A stretch of DNA of 64,000 nt from an uncultured delta proteobacterium (GTDB lineage: Bacteria > Desulfobacterota > Desulfobacteria > Desulfobacterales > JAHEIW01), in contig CAVPNL010000006.1 of NCBI GenBank assembly GCA_963706575.1, positions 32,001-96,000 of the forward strand, read 5' to 3'. The notes under the pieces are model-generated. The model saw nothing but the letters and a program-made list of their open reading frames with translations, made no database searches and was not told the DNA's origin. A program made the position numbers and the translations under genes. Within the stretch, counting starts at the first letter, position 1, and every line of letters starts with the position of its first letter. Below are positions 27,353-36,376 of the stretch, piece by piece.

Positions 27353-29386
27353 ATGGCGGAACAAATAGGTTTCAGGCGGAATATGGGCCTGTTTATGGCG
27401 GTAATGATCGGCATTGGCGCCACAATGGGGCCGGGGATTTTTGCCCTGCCGGGCGAACTGGCGCATATGATCGGTCCGCTTGGCATTCTCGTCTATTTGG
27501 CGATGGGTTTTTTAACCGTATTTACCGCCTTAAACTATAGCGAGCTGAGCGCAGCCATACCGTTAGCCGGCGGCGGATATTCTTTTACCCACAGAACACT
27601 CAACAGGCCCGTGGCCTTTTTTACCGGCTGGTTTTTCTGGATCGGCAACACGCTCGCCTGTTCGATGTACGCCCTTATTTTTGCCCTGACGATCCGCACC
27701 TACTTTTTACCGCAAGCCAGCATTGTCCTCCTCACCCTGCTCACCACCGTCGTATTCACTGCCGTCAACTTCATGGGAATGAAGGAAGCCATAATCGTTA
27801 TTACCGTAATGAATCTGGTGGAATTGGCGGTTCTGGTCGGTGTTGCCGGGCTCGGTTTCACGGATATTGAGCCGATTAATCTGGAGCCTTTAGCCCCGAT
27901 GGGATGGGGTCCTTTCGTTCCGGCGATGGCCCTCATCTATATCTCCTATGTCGGGTTCGAGCTTATCTCGAATGCGGCTGAAGAGATCATTCAGCCGGGC
28001 AAAAACATCCCGCGAGCGATTTTGATCACCTTGGGCATCAGTACCGCAATTTACGTTTTCGTGGTCGGCGTCATGATGGGCACCGTCAATTATACGGAGC
28101 TCGCCCAGAGCGACATCCCTTTCATCTTCACTGCTGAGCGGCTTTTCGGCGCCTGGGGACGCTGGGCCGGGGTCATCGCGACCATAATGGCGAGTCTTTC
28201 CGCATTCAGTGTGACATTGGGCGCTAGCGCCCGCATTTTATACGCATTGGGGCGTGACAAACATTTTCCCTACTTTTTTTCCAAGCTGCATCCGAGATTC
28301 CAGACGCCCCATATTGCGCTTTTTGTTTGTGCCCTGGTTGTGATTATCTTCAGCTCCTCAGGCATCGTTAAATTCGTGGCTTCTTTAAGTGATTTCGGGT
28401 ATTTAATGGGGCTCGGGATCATCAATTATGCGGTGATTCCATTGCACAAAAAAATGCCGAATCTGAGGCGTCCATTTCAAACCATGTTTTTTCCCTGGAT
28501 ACCGATCCTGGGGATTATTACCACCTGGATGTTCGTTCCGGCATTAGAATTCAGAAGTTTTGTTCTGGGAGGGATACTGACACTGATTGGCAGCGCAATC
28601 TATCTTTTCAATTCCGATAACCGCGCTGAAGTTTCCAAATTGGCAAAATTTTATGTAAAATCTTTGAAATCATATATATATAAATTAAGGAGAGTGCATA
28701 TGCGAGTACTTATCATAAGTGGCGCAAAACAGGGCCAAAATATAGCTGATCGACTCCTGGCAAAAGATGAGTATCGGATGATGTTTCGCTCGGCGGAACA
28801 TCAGGTAACCTTCATCGAAGAAAACGAGAAGCTATGTAAGGAACTTGAACAACGCTACAATTGCCCAATTTACCAGGGGGACGGCACCAAGAAGGAATTA
28901 CTGGGACAGGTCGGGCTGGATAATATTGATGTTGTCATCGCTGCCTTTGAAGATGAAGGCCGCAATGTGATTGCGGCCCTGCAGGCCAGACAGTTAAAAC
29001 TTGAAAAAGTCGTCGCCATTGTCCAAAATCACGAATACACCCAGCTCCTTGAGCAGAACAAAGTTGTGGTGGTAAACGCTCCCTGGGCGACGGCAGCGAT
29101 GGTTGAAAATATCATCGACAATCCTGTTTTAGCGCAACTTTTCGAATTTGGAATCGGAGCAGCAAGTCTTTTGGAAGTCAGCGTGCCTGAAAATGCGAAG
29201 GTAAATGGAGAACTCATCAAGGATATTGATATACCAAAAGGGAGCTTGATTGCCGCCATAATGAGGAATAACCAATTTGTGGTTCCGCGCGGCGTTACCC
29301 GGATCCAGGTTGATGATCGCGTAATTTTTATCGGGCCGGCCTCCGCCATAAAAAAAGCGTACGATATATTTATGCTCAACAAATAA
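27353..29386 (+). CDS. APC family permease fused to TrkA-N/TrkA-C (RCK) domains
   Basis: IGATMGPGIFALPG, YSELSAAIPLAGGGY, SYVGFE..AEEI..PGKNIPRAI; C-terminal MRVLIISG...QGDGT...VVPRGVTRIQVDDRV. Confidence 0.88.
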   Translation: MAEQIGFRRNMGLFMAVMIGIGATMGPGIFALPGELAHMIGPLGILVYLAMGFLTVFTALNYSELSAAIPLAGGGYSFTHRTLNRPVAFFTGWFFWIGNTLACSMYALIFALTIRTYFLPQASIVLLTLLTTVVFTAVNFMGMKEAIIVITVMNLVELAVLVGVAGLGFTDIEPINLEPLAPMGWGPFVPAMALIYISYVGFELISNAAEEIIQPGKNIPRAILITLGISTAIYVFVVGVMMGTVNYTELAQSDIPFIFTAERLFGAWGRWAGVIATIMASLSAFSVTLGASARILYALGRDKHFPYFFSKLHPRFQTPHIALFVCALVVIIFSSSGIVKFVASLSDFGYLMGLGIINYAVIPLHKKMPNLRRPFQTMFFPWIPILGIITTWMFVPALEFRSFVLGGILTLIGSAIYLFNSDNRAEVSKLAKFYVKSLKSYIYKLRRVHMRVLIISGAKQGQNIADRLLAKDEYRMMFRSAEHQVTFIEENEKLCKELEQRYNCPIYQGDGTKKELLGQVGLDNIDVVIAAFEDEGRNVIAALQARQLKLEKVVAIVQNHEYTQLLEQNKVVVVNAPWATAAMVENIIDNPVLAQLFEFGIGAASLLEVSVPENAKVNGELIKDIDIPKGSLIAAIMRNNQFVVPRGVTRIQVDDRVIFIGPASAIKKAYDIFMLNK

Positions 29387-29463
29387 TGAGAAGTAATTGA
29401 TAGGACCTGCCTTTTCGATTCGATAGATGCTTTCCATTTATATCAAGCGCGAGGAGGTGCAAA

Positions 29464-31113
29464 ATGCCAAATAAGGATTATTGGAATGGTGATGATGCGG
29501 CTCACCGGCGGATCATGTACAAGGGGGCCGGATATTCAGATGAGGATATTCGTAATAAACCCCACATTGGCGTGGCCAATACATTTACCGATGCATCGCC
29601 TGCCACGGCACACTTAAGAATGCTGGCTGAAGCCGTTAAACAGGGCATATGGTCCGCCGGAGGGGTTCCGTTTGAATTTGGTGTACCCGGATTATGCGGC
29701 AATATAGCGGTCGGACATGAAAACTGCAGATACGAGCTGGCAGAGCGTGACGTTGTCTGTTCCGCCATCGAAATTGTCTCTAAAATCAATAATTTTGACG
29801 GTTTGGTGACCCTGTCTTCCTGTGATGACATACTGGCAGGCTCCCTTCTGGGCGTCGGGCGCGTAAATATTCCCGCGGTGATGGTTACCGGCGGCCCGAT
29901 GATGCCGGGTTGCTATAACGGAAAGAAAGTCTTGGCACCCGATATCGAAGAAGTTGAGTTCGCAGGGGCCGCACCATCCGATTTCGCCGTATTGGAAGAC
30001 GCCGCCTGTCCCGGTTTCGGCTCCTGCGGCGTGATGGGCACAGCCAATACGATGCAGGTACTGGTCGAAGCCCTGGGGCTGGCCTTACCGGGTTCAAGCA
30101 CGATTCCTGCCGTGATGGCAGACAAAACCCGGGCGGCGAGGGAATCGGGTCGCCGGGTGGTGGAGCTGGCTCAAAAGGATCTAAAACCCGGCGATATACT
30201 GGAGAAAAAGGCGTTTTTAAATGCGATCACCGTGGATCTGGCCATTGGCGGCTCGACCAACGCGATTTTGCACTTGCTGGCCCTGGCCAGAGAGGTCGGT
30301 GTTTCTCTCACCATGGATGACTTCGATGCCGTCAGTCGAAACGTGTCCTGTATCTGTGCGGTTAGACCGAACGGCCCCTTTAATATGGTGGATCTTCACG
30401 AAGCCGGAGGTGTGCCCGCTATTCAAAAAGTTCTTGAAGGGGTGCTTGAAACGTCCGCCATCGGTGTTAGCGGAACTCGTCTTGCAGAGATTCTGGCTCA
30501 AGTCCCGTTCCAACCCAATGAGGTGATACGCACGCTTGAGGATCCGGTCCATCAGGATTGCGGCCTGGCGATTCTGCAAGGAAATCTGGCACCGGATGGT
30601 GCCATTATTCGACCCAGCGGCGTTCCCGCTGAAATGAAAACCTTTAAAGGTGCGGCCAGAGTCTTTGAAGATGAAGATCTGGCAATTGAGGCCATGAAAG
30701 CCGGCGATATCAAAGCGGGTGATGTCATCGTGTTGCGCTATTTAGGGCCCAAAGGCGGGCCCGGAATGCAGTATGCCCAGGCATCCTGTCAGGCGCTGGT
30801 GGGGCTGGGACTGCATAAAAGTGTCGGGCTGATTACCGATGGCCGCTTTTCCGGGTTTAATCACGGCCCGATCGTGGGACATGTCAGCCCCGAAGCGTTT
30901 GAAGGGGGACCGTTGGCGCTGGTCTGTGAGGGGGATCAAATATCGGTGGATGTCGATCAGCGCAGTCTCCAAATCGATTTATCTGAAGAAGAATTGGCGG
31001 ATCGTAAATCCAAATGGAAGCCGCCGGAATCAAATGTGAAAAGCGGCTGGCTGGCGCTCTACATGGCCAACTGTCGCTCCGCGAGTGAAGGCGCAGCCAT
31101 GCAGCCCTGGTAG
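29464..31113 (+). CDS. Dihydroxy-acid dehydratase (IlvD/Edd family)
   Basis: SSCDD, ACPGFGSCGVMGTANTM, AIGGSTNA, GPKGGPGM, LITDGRFSG, GHVSPEA. Confidence 0.92.
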   Translation: MPNKDYWNGDDAAHRRIMYKGAGYSDEDIRNKPHIGVANTFTDASPATAHLRMLAEAVKQGIWSAGGVPFEFGVPGLCGNIAVGHENCRYELAERDVVCSAIEIVSKINNFDGLVTLSSCDDILAGSLLGVGRVNIPAVMVTGGPMMPGCYNGKKVLAPDIEEVEFAGAAPSDFAVLEDAACPGFGSCGVMGTANTMQVLVEALGLALPGSSTIPAVMADKTRAARESGRRVVELAQKDLKPGDILEKKAFLNAITVDLAIGGSTNAILHLLALAREVGVSLTMDDFDAVSRNVSCICAVRPNGPFNMVDLHEAGGVPAIQKVLEGVLETSAIGVSGTRLAEILAQVPFQPNEVIRTLEDPVHQDCGLAILQGNLAPDGAIIRPSGVPAEMKTFKGAARVFEDEDLAIEAMKAGDIKAGDVIVLRYLGPKGGPGMQYAQASCQALVGLGLHKSVGLITDGRFSGFNHGPIVGHVSPEAFEGGPLALVCEGDQISVDVDQRSLQIDLSEEELADRKSKWKPPESNVKSGWLALYMANCRSASEGAAMQPW

Positions 31114-31129
31114 GAAGGAGAAAAAGCCC

Positions 31130-32221
31130 GTGAAGACATTTGGTATCTTTGAGTACATGAAAAAATATCAATACGAAAATATTTTTCTTTGTCAGGATGA
31201 AAAAGCAGACTTTAAAGCCGTAATCGCTATTCACAGCACCGCTTTGGGACCCGCTGCCGGCGGTATTCGCATGTGGCAGTATGATTCTGAAATGGATGCC
31301 ATCGAAGATGCCTTACGTCTGGCGCGCGGCATGACCTATAAATATGCGGCGGCCGGCGTGAACATGGGGGGCGGCAAAGCGGTGGTAATTGCCGATCCCA
31401 AACGCAAGGACAGGGAAGTTGTCTTTCGAACCCTTGGAAGATTTATCAACCGCTTAGGGGGAAAATTCTTCACCGGAGAAGACGTCGGCACCACCCTTGA
31501 GGACATGGAATATCTTTTCATGGAAACCCCTTATGTCATCACCCTGCCGCAATATCTCGGGGGAGTGGGCCCGATTTCGCCCTTGACGGCTTTTGGTGTC
31601 ATCCAGGGCATGCGCGCCTGTGCAAAGACTGTTTTTGGCTCAGACGATCTCAGCAATCGAATCGTGGCCGTCCAGGGTGTAGGATCGGTGGGCTCTTCTC
31701 TGGTTGAACAGCTCTCTGATTTAGGGGCCCGTGTCGTAATAACCGATATCGACGAGGCTCGCGTCGATGACATGGTCAAGCAGTTGGGAGCAAAGAAAGT
31801 CCCGCTAGAAGATATTTACGGCGTCACCTGTGACATATTTTCCCCGTGTGCCCTCGGCGCGATTCTGAATGATGAGACGATCCCGCAGCTGAAGTGCAAG
31901 ATTGTCTGCGGCGCGGCCAACAATCAGCTCGCGGAAGAGCGGCATGGCGATATCCTGACCGAAAAAGGAATTCTTTACGGTCCCGATTATATCGTCAACG
32001 CTGGGGGTGCGGTTTATGACGCCGACCGATTAGTCGGCGGCGTCAACTTAGAGCGCGGCAAACAGAAAGTGGCCAGAATTTATCAGACGACAGAGAAGGT
32101 GATTGAATTGGCGCAGGAGAAAGGCATTCCTACCTATCGGGCTGCCGATGTGGTTGCCGAAAAGCGATTGGAATCAATTCGCCATATAAAAAGTTACTGG
32201 AATACCATGGAGATTCGATAA
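31130..32221 (+). CDS. Leu/Phe/Val dehydrogenase (ELFV family)
   Basis: LGPAAGGIR, LARGMTYK, GGGKAV, GEDVGT, QGVGSVG, GAANNQL, PDYIVNAGG; GTG start after AGGAG. Confidence 0.92.
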   Translation: MKTFGIFEYMKKYQYENIFLCQDEKADFKAVIAIHSTALGPAAGGIRMWQYDSEMDAIEDALRLARGMTYKYAAAGVNMGGGKAVVIADPKRKDREVVFRTLGRFINRLGGKFFTGEDVGTTLEDMEYLFMETPYVITLPQYLGGVGPISPLTAFGVIQGMRACAKTVFGSDDLSNRIVAVQGVGSVGSSLVEQLSDLGARVVITDIDEARVDDMVKQLGAKKVPLEDIYGVTCDIFSPCALGAILNDETIPQLKCKIVCGAANNQLAEERHGDILTEKGILYGPDYIVNAGGAVYDADRLVGGVNLERGKQKVARIYQTTEKVIELAQEKGIPTYRAADVVAEKRLESIRHIKSYWNTMEIR

Positions 32222-32235
32222 AGGAGGTAAGGATC

Positions 32236-33402
32236 GTGGATAAAAACACAGTCTCAATTGTTAGAATAGAAGACGGTCAGGTGGAGAAAGCCGTGCGAAA
32301 TGCGGTTGATTTGATGGGTGGAATTGAGACCATCGTTAACCCCGGCGAAAAGGTTTTGTTAAAAGTCAACTGGTGTGTCGTGCCCGAAGATCCAAAAGTC
32401 GGTGTCGTTACAAATCCGGTGGTGGCGCGTGCTGTTGCCGACCTGATAAAAGAGGCGGGTGCCGAACCGATTATCGGGGATTCGGCTGCCAGGGGCGTCG
32501 ACACGGATTTGGTTATCAAGGCCACTGGCTATGGAAAACTGGCCGACGAAGGTTACCAGATCGCGAACCTGGATAAAGAAGAAGTGATTAAGCTAGAATG
32601 TCCGGATTCAGAACTGCTCCACACGATGAAGACCTTCGAGCTGGCAACCAAAGTCGATAAGATCATTGATATACCGCTTTTTAAAACCCATGATTCCGCT
32701 GAGGCAACGCTTGGTCTGAAGAATATGAAGGGTTTATTACACGATGATCAAAAATCGAAATTACACCGCGAGGGTCTTTATACAGGTATCGCGGATGTCA
32801 ATTTGCGCTTTCCACCGGACCTGGTTGTCTATGACGGGACCTGGGCCATGGAAGGATTAGGTCCGATGTATGGCATCCCCTTCGAATTGAACCTGATCCT
32901 GGCAGCCCGAAATGTGGTGGCCGGTGACGCCGTGGCCGGAAGCATTATGGGATTTGAACCCGGAGAGCTGCTCGTTACAAAAGTGGCTTACGAACGCGGC
33001 CTCGGAGAGATGAATCTCGACAAAATCGCTATTGTTGGAGCGCCCCTTGAGTCGGTCAAGCGTCGTTTCAAACGCGTCGAGGAAGATGATCGCATCATCT
33101 ACCCCAACGTCAAAATTGTCCATTCTGAAGGGACCTGCACCGGCTGCAAGGTCGCCATCATGAGCAGCCTTTTCGACATGAAGAACAAAGGAATCCTGGA
33201 CCAGGCCGAGGGTTTCACCTTTACAACGGGTGATGTTGAACTGCCCTATGGAATCCCGCAGGAAAAAGTGGTTTCGGTGGGCATTTGCGTTCCCAAAGAG
33301 AAGCGGGGAACGCGCTGGTCAAAGGGTTGCCCCCCCAATAATGTCTACACCATCGAAGCCGTGACTGGCGTGGAAAGCAAAGATAGTTATTCGACGGATT
33401 GA
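32236..33402 (+). CDS. DUF362 domain Fe-S protein
   Basis: VLLKVN, TNPVV, PLFKTH...TLGLKNMKG, AMEGLGP; C-terminal CTGC...GIC...GCPP. Confidence 0.85.
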   Translation: MDKNTVSIVRIEDGQVEKAVRNAVDLMGGIETIVNPGEKVLLKVNWCVVPEDPKVGVVTNPVVARAVADLIKEAGAEPIIGDSAARGVDTDLVIKATGYGKLADEGYQIANLDKEEVIKLECPDSELLHTMKTFELATKVDKIIDIPLFKTHDSAEATLGLKNMKGLLHDDQKSKLHREGLYTGIADVNLRFPPDLVVYDGTWAMEGLGPMYGIPFELNLILAARNVVAGDAVAGSIMGFEPGELLVTKVAYERGLGEMNLDKIAIVGAPLESVKRRFKRVEEDDRIIYPNVKIVHSEGTCTGCKVAIMSSLFDMKNKGILDQAEGFTFTTGDVELPYGIPQEKVVSVGICVPKEKRGTRWSKGCPPNNVYTIEAVTGVESKDSYSTD

Positions 33403-33418
33403 ATAAAAAGGAAATGGC

Positions 33419-34594
33419 ATGGGCATAAAGGCGGAGGTTGATAAATTAAAAAAAGAGCTGATTGAACTCAGGCGAGATTTCCACCAACACCCGGAACTGG
33501 GGCTCGAGGAACACTGGACTGCTGATAAAATAGAGTCCTATTTGAAACCGCTTGGATTAGAAATCAGTCGTATCGGCGCGACCGGTGTTGTCGGGCTGCT
33601 AAAGGGGGCTCAACCCGGCCGCACCTTAATGCTGCGGGCCGATATAGATGCCTTGCCGGTGCAGGAAATGACTTCTGTACCTTATAAATCCGTCCATGAA
33701 GGTATGATGCATGCTTGTGGACATGATGGACACATGGCGATGCTGCTGGTCGCCGCCAGGATCCTTTGTGAACATAAAGACAAGATAAAGGGAAACATCA
33801 AATTTTTGTTTCAACCCAATGAGGAAAATATGCACGCCGGATTTTTGGTCGAAAAAGGGGTACTTGAGAATCCAACGGTGGATGCCGCCTTTGGGATTCA
33901 CCTCATGACACCATTGGAAACCGGAAAGATCGGGATCGCATCAGGTGCGGTGATGGCGGGCATGCATACCTTTAAATTAGTTATTAAAGGCAAAGGCGGG
34001 CATACCGGGTTTCCTCAGGAATCCATCGATCCGATTATCGCCGCAGCCAACCTTATCCAGACGACCCAAATCATTCAAAGCCGCGAAATCGATGCCTTCA
34101 AACCAACCGTCATCGTATTCGGGCGCATTGCGGGAGGGACCACATCAAATGTAATCCCCGACCAGGTGGAGCTGGAAGGAACGATACGGTATTTATATGA
34201 TGCGGATGCAGCGGGTGAAGACCATCCCTGCAAGAAATTTGAGCGCATTGTCAAGCATGTATGTGAGACCCACCGCACCCAATATGAGGTGGACTATCCC
34301 TATAACCATCCGGCGGTCATCAATGATGCTGAAATGGTGCAGTTTGTGAGGACAGCAGCCGCAAAGGTGGTTGATACAGAGGACAAGGTCGTTCCCTTTG
34401 TGACAATGGTCGGAGAGGATTTTTGCGAATTTGCAAACAGAGTTCCCAGCGCTTTTTATTTCATCGGTGCTGGAAATAAGGATAAGGGCGCGGATTACCC
34501 CCATCACCATGCCTGTTTTAATATCGATGAGGCGGCATTACCCATCGGCTTAGAAATGCATGTTCGAAGCGCCCTAGCGTTTTTAAGGCAGTAA
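33419..34594 (+). CDS. M20D amidohydrolase
   Basis: RRDFHQHPELG, LRADIDALP, MHACGHDGH, FQPNEE, GEDF. Confidence 0.92.
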   Translation: MGIKAEVDKLKKELIELRRDFHQHPELGLEEHWTADKIESYLKPLGLEISRIGATGVVGLLKGAQPGRTLMLRADIDALPVQEMTSVPYKSVHEGMMHACGHDGHMAMLLVAARILCEHKDKIKGNIKFLFQPNEENMHAGFLVEKGVLENPTVDAAFGIHLMTPLETGKIGIASGAVMAGMHTFKLVIKGKGGHTGFPQESIDPIIAAANLIQTTQIIQSREIDAFKPTVIVFGRIAGGTTSNVIPDQVELEGTIRYLYDADAAGEDHPCKKFERIVKHVCETHRTQYEVDYPYNHPAVINDAEMVQFVRTAAAKVVDTEDKVVPFVTMVGEDFCEFANRVPSAFYFIGAGNKDKGADYPHHHACFNIDEAALPIGLEMHVRSALAFLRQ

Positions 34595-34628
34595 CGAATT
34601 ATTTTAACATAGAAGTGGTTTCAAAATC

Positions 34629-34910
34629 TCAGATCAAGCCTTTCTCAGATGCAAGTTCTTCGATCTCTTCAACCGACAGGCGATCCAGCTCTTCGATTGA
34701 TATGCCCAGCTCGGCTGCCGCTGATTGTTTTAAAGGCGCTACTTCGGGGTTATCTAAGAATTCGATCGAATGGGCACCGGAACCGTCTGCTTTGCCTTTA
34801 TGGCTTGATGATTCGTCTGCTTTTGTTTTGCGGGCCTGTCTTTTTGAATACCAGAGAAAAAGATTTAATGCGACTATGACAACGCCAAGCATCAGCAATA
34901 TAAGTTTCAT
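34629..34910 (-). CDS. Small single-TM hypothetical protein
   Basis: MKLILLMLGVVIVALNLFLWY then acidic helical tail; GAGG upstream. Confidence 0.6.
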   Translation of the reverse strand: MKLILLMLGVVIVALNLFLWYSKRQARKTKADESSSHKGKADGSGAHSIEFLDNPEVAPLKQSAAAELGISIEELDRLSVEEIEELASEKGLI

Positions 34911-35190
34911 TTTAAAATACCTCTTATAACATATTGGCATTTTTTGCAGATACTTTAGGGCGGGAAAAAAGAAAAGCGGCGCATCGACACCGGGGGCAGC
35001 GCCGTATATGACACCTTTGCACCGATCAGTGCTGAAACATCATGAAAAAAGGAGTCTTTCCTGTTGGGTAATTTTATGTTATATTATTATTCAGTTTGTG
35101 AGAGTCCAAAATCGGGGGGGCAGTTCATAGCGGGTTGCCCCCTTTCTTTAAGGCCGTTACAACCGAATCATATGCTAAGGGGGGAAAGCT

Positions 35191-35376
35191 TTGGGCAATT
35201 TCACCTTCATCGGTATTAGCTTAATTGGTTTCGCGATAATTTTTATTTTACTTCTGATTCTACCCAGGGTAAAAGGCAAAAGCGACGATCATTCAATACC
35301 ACAGAATTCTTCCCTTACCTCCCACCGCAACTCCCATCCTCAATCGACAGGCCCGAAGAGAGTCTACAGGATTTAG
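35191..35376 (+). CDS. Small single-TM hypothetical protein
   Basis: Hydrophobic N-terminus; AAGGGGGG upstream of TTG start. Confidence 0.4.
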   Translation: MGNFTFIGISLIGFAIIFILLLILPRVKGKSDDHSIPQNSSLTSHRNSHPQSTGPKRVYRI

Positions 35377-35420
35377 CCGGACGATACCCTTTTTTAAAAT
35401 TTGAAACCCTCAATTTAGGT

Positions 35421-35447
35421 TTAAGTTAATTCTCAAATTGCCGATAT
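35421..35447 (+). promoter_or_regulatory. Sigma-28 (FliA)-like promoter
   Basis: TTAAGTTA-N11-GCCGATAT. Confidence 0.6.
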
Positions 35448-35495
35448 AGCCTAGTGAGCGGAGCTACACGATGGTGCAGCCCACTCAATGGGTTG

Positions 35496-35525
35496 GGGTG
35501 GCTTCCCTCTTCCGGGAAGCCACCC
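35496..35525 (+). terminator. Perfect 12-bp hairpin (terminator or sRNA 3' end)
   Basis: GGGTGGCTTCCC-TCTTCC-GGGAAGCCACCC. Confidence 0.6.
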
Positions 35526-35557
35526 TGATTTCCATTTTATGTGAGGGGCTAATCTGA

Positions 35558-35749
35558 ATGGCTGAAATGACGAAACAGGAAAAAAACCTTCTCAAGAACA
35601 AGTTAGAGTATCTTAAATTAGCCTATCGTATTTCGATATACCGGCTATCAGGAGAAGAAGCACCCGAAGAACTTCTTAAAAAAGCCAGAACCACCAGAAT
35701 TGCGGCTGATTTTTCGAAAGAAGAACTGGATAATGTTTTAAAATGCTGA
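35558..35749 (+). CDS. Small hypothetical protein (63 aa)
   Basis: GAGGGG RBS; helical charged sequence. Confidence 0.55.
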   Translation: MAEMTKQEKNLLKNKLEYLKLAYRISIYRLSGEEAPEELLKKARTTRIAADFSKEELDNVLKC

Positions 35750-35832
35750 GTTTTTTCCATACCGTATTGTCCATCGCTATCGGTTTACTGGTAGTTGTCG
35801 TTATCTGGTTTCAATTAAAGCGTTTAAATTAA
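35743..35832 (+). CDS. Putative 29-aa single-TM microprotein
   Basis: Manual translation MLSFFHTVLSIAIGLLVVVVIWFQLKRLN; start overlaps upstream stop. Confidence 0.35.
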   Translation: MLSFFHTVLSIAIGLLVVVVIWFQLKRLN

Positions 35833-35836
35833 CATA

Positions 35837-35911
35837 ATGAAAAAATTACTAATAACAGCATTGGCCTTTATTCTATTTTTCCTGGCTTATGCTTCCAGCG
35901 CACCGTTCTAA
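35837..35911 (+). CDS. Putative 24-aa hydrophobic microprotein
   Basis: Manual translation MKKLLITALAFILFFLAYASSAPF, starting 4 nt after the previous stop. Confidence 0.35.
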   Translation: MKKLLITALAFILFFLAYASSAPF

Positions 35912-35925
35912 CCGAGGGCAACAAC

Positions 35926-36102
35926 ATGGCTAAAAGAAAAACATATTGTACCAATTTGGATGCCGAGCTGATGAAAGAAATCAGGATTCTTTCAGCCCTG
36001 CAGGTAAAGCGTCAAAATGACCTCCTTGAAGAAGCAATTAAAGATCTGCTTAAAAAATACAGTCATCTTGAACCTTCCCCGGGGCTTTCGATGGTTGAGT
36101 AA
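35926..36102 (+). CDS. Ribbon-helix-helix DNA-binding protein (58 aa)
   Basis: Manual translation MAKRKTYCTNLDAELMKEIRILSALQVKRQNDLLEEAIKDLLKKY...; GAGGG RBS. Confidence 0.7.
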   Translation: MAKRKTYCTNLDAELMKEIRILSALQVKRQNDLLEEAIKDLLKKYSHLEPSPGLSMVE

Positions 36103-36376
36103 TTCTAAAAACCCCTTGCTCCTCTCCTATTTAAGCCGGACAAATCCGCCTCACAGTCCTCTATCAAGCAACCCAGGCTCTCAAATTAATGAAACAGCAC
36201 GTAATTCCCGCAAAAGCGCAGCATCCCTTGTTGCGGAATTTTCTCATTGCTCCTTGAGTTGAAAGTATGCCATAGTTTTCAGGTTAAACCGCCGGAACCA
36301 GAAGCAATCATGTTTTAATCGCCTGAATATCGTGTATGCGGTTTTATAACACGCCAAAACCTAAAGAGGTCTTCTC

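Noticed and set aside
33400..33402. Other TGA stops (DUF362 here; PrpD at 27066-27068; crotonase at 8662-8664) as possible Sec codons
   Set aside because: They fall at natural C-termini, not at conserved Cys positions, and no homologous sequence continues beyond them
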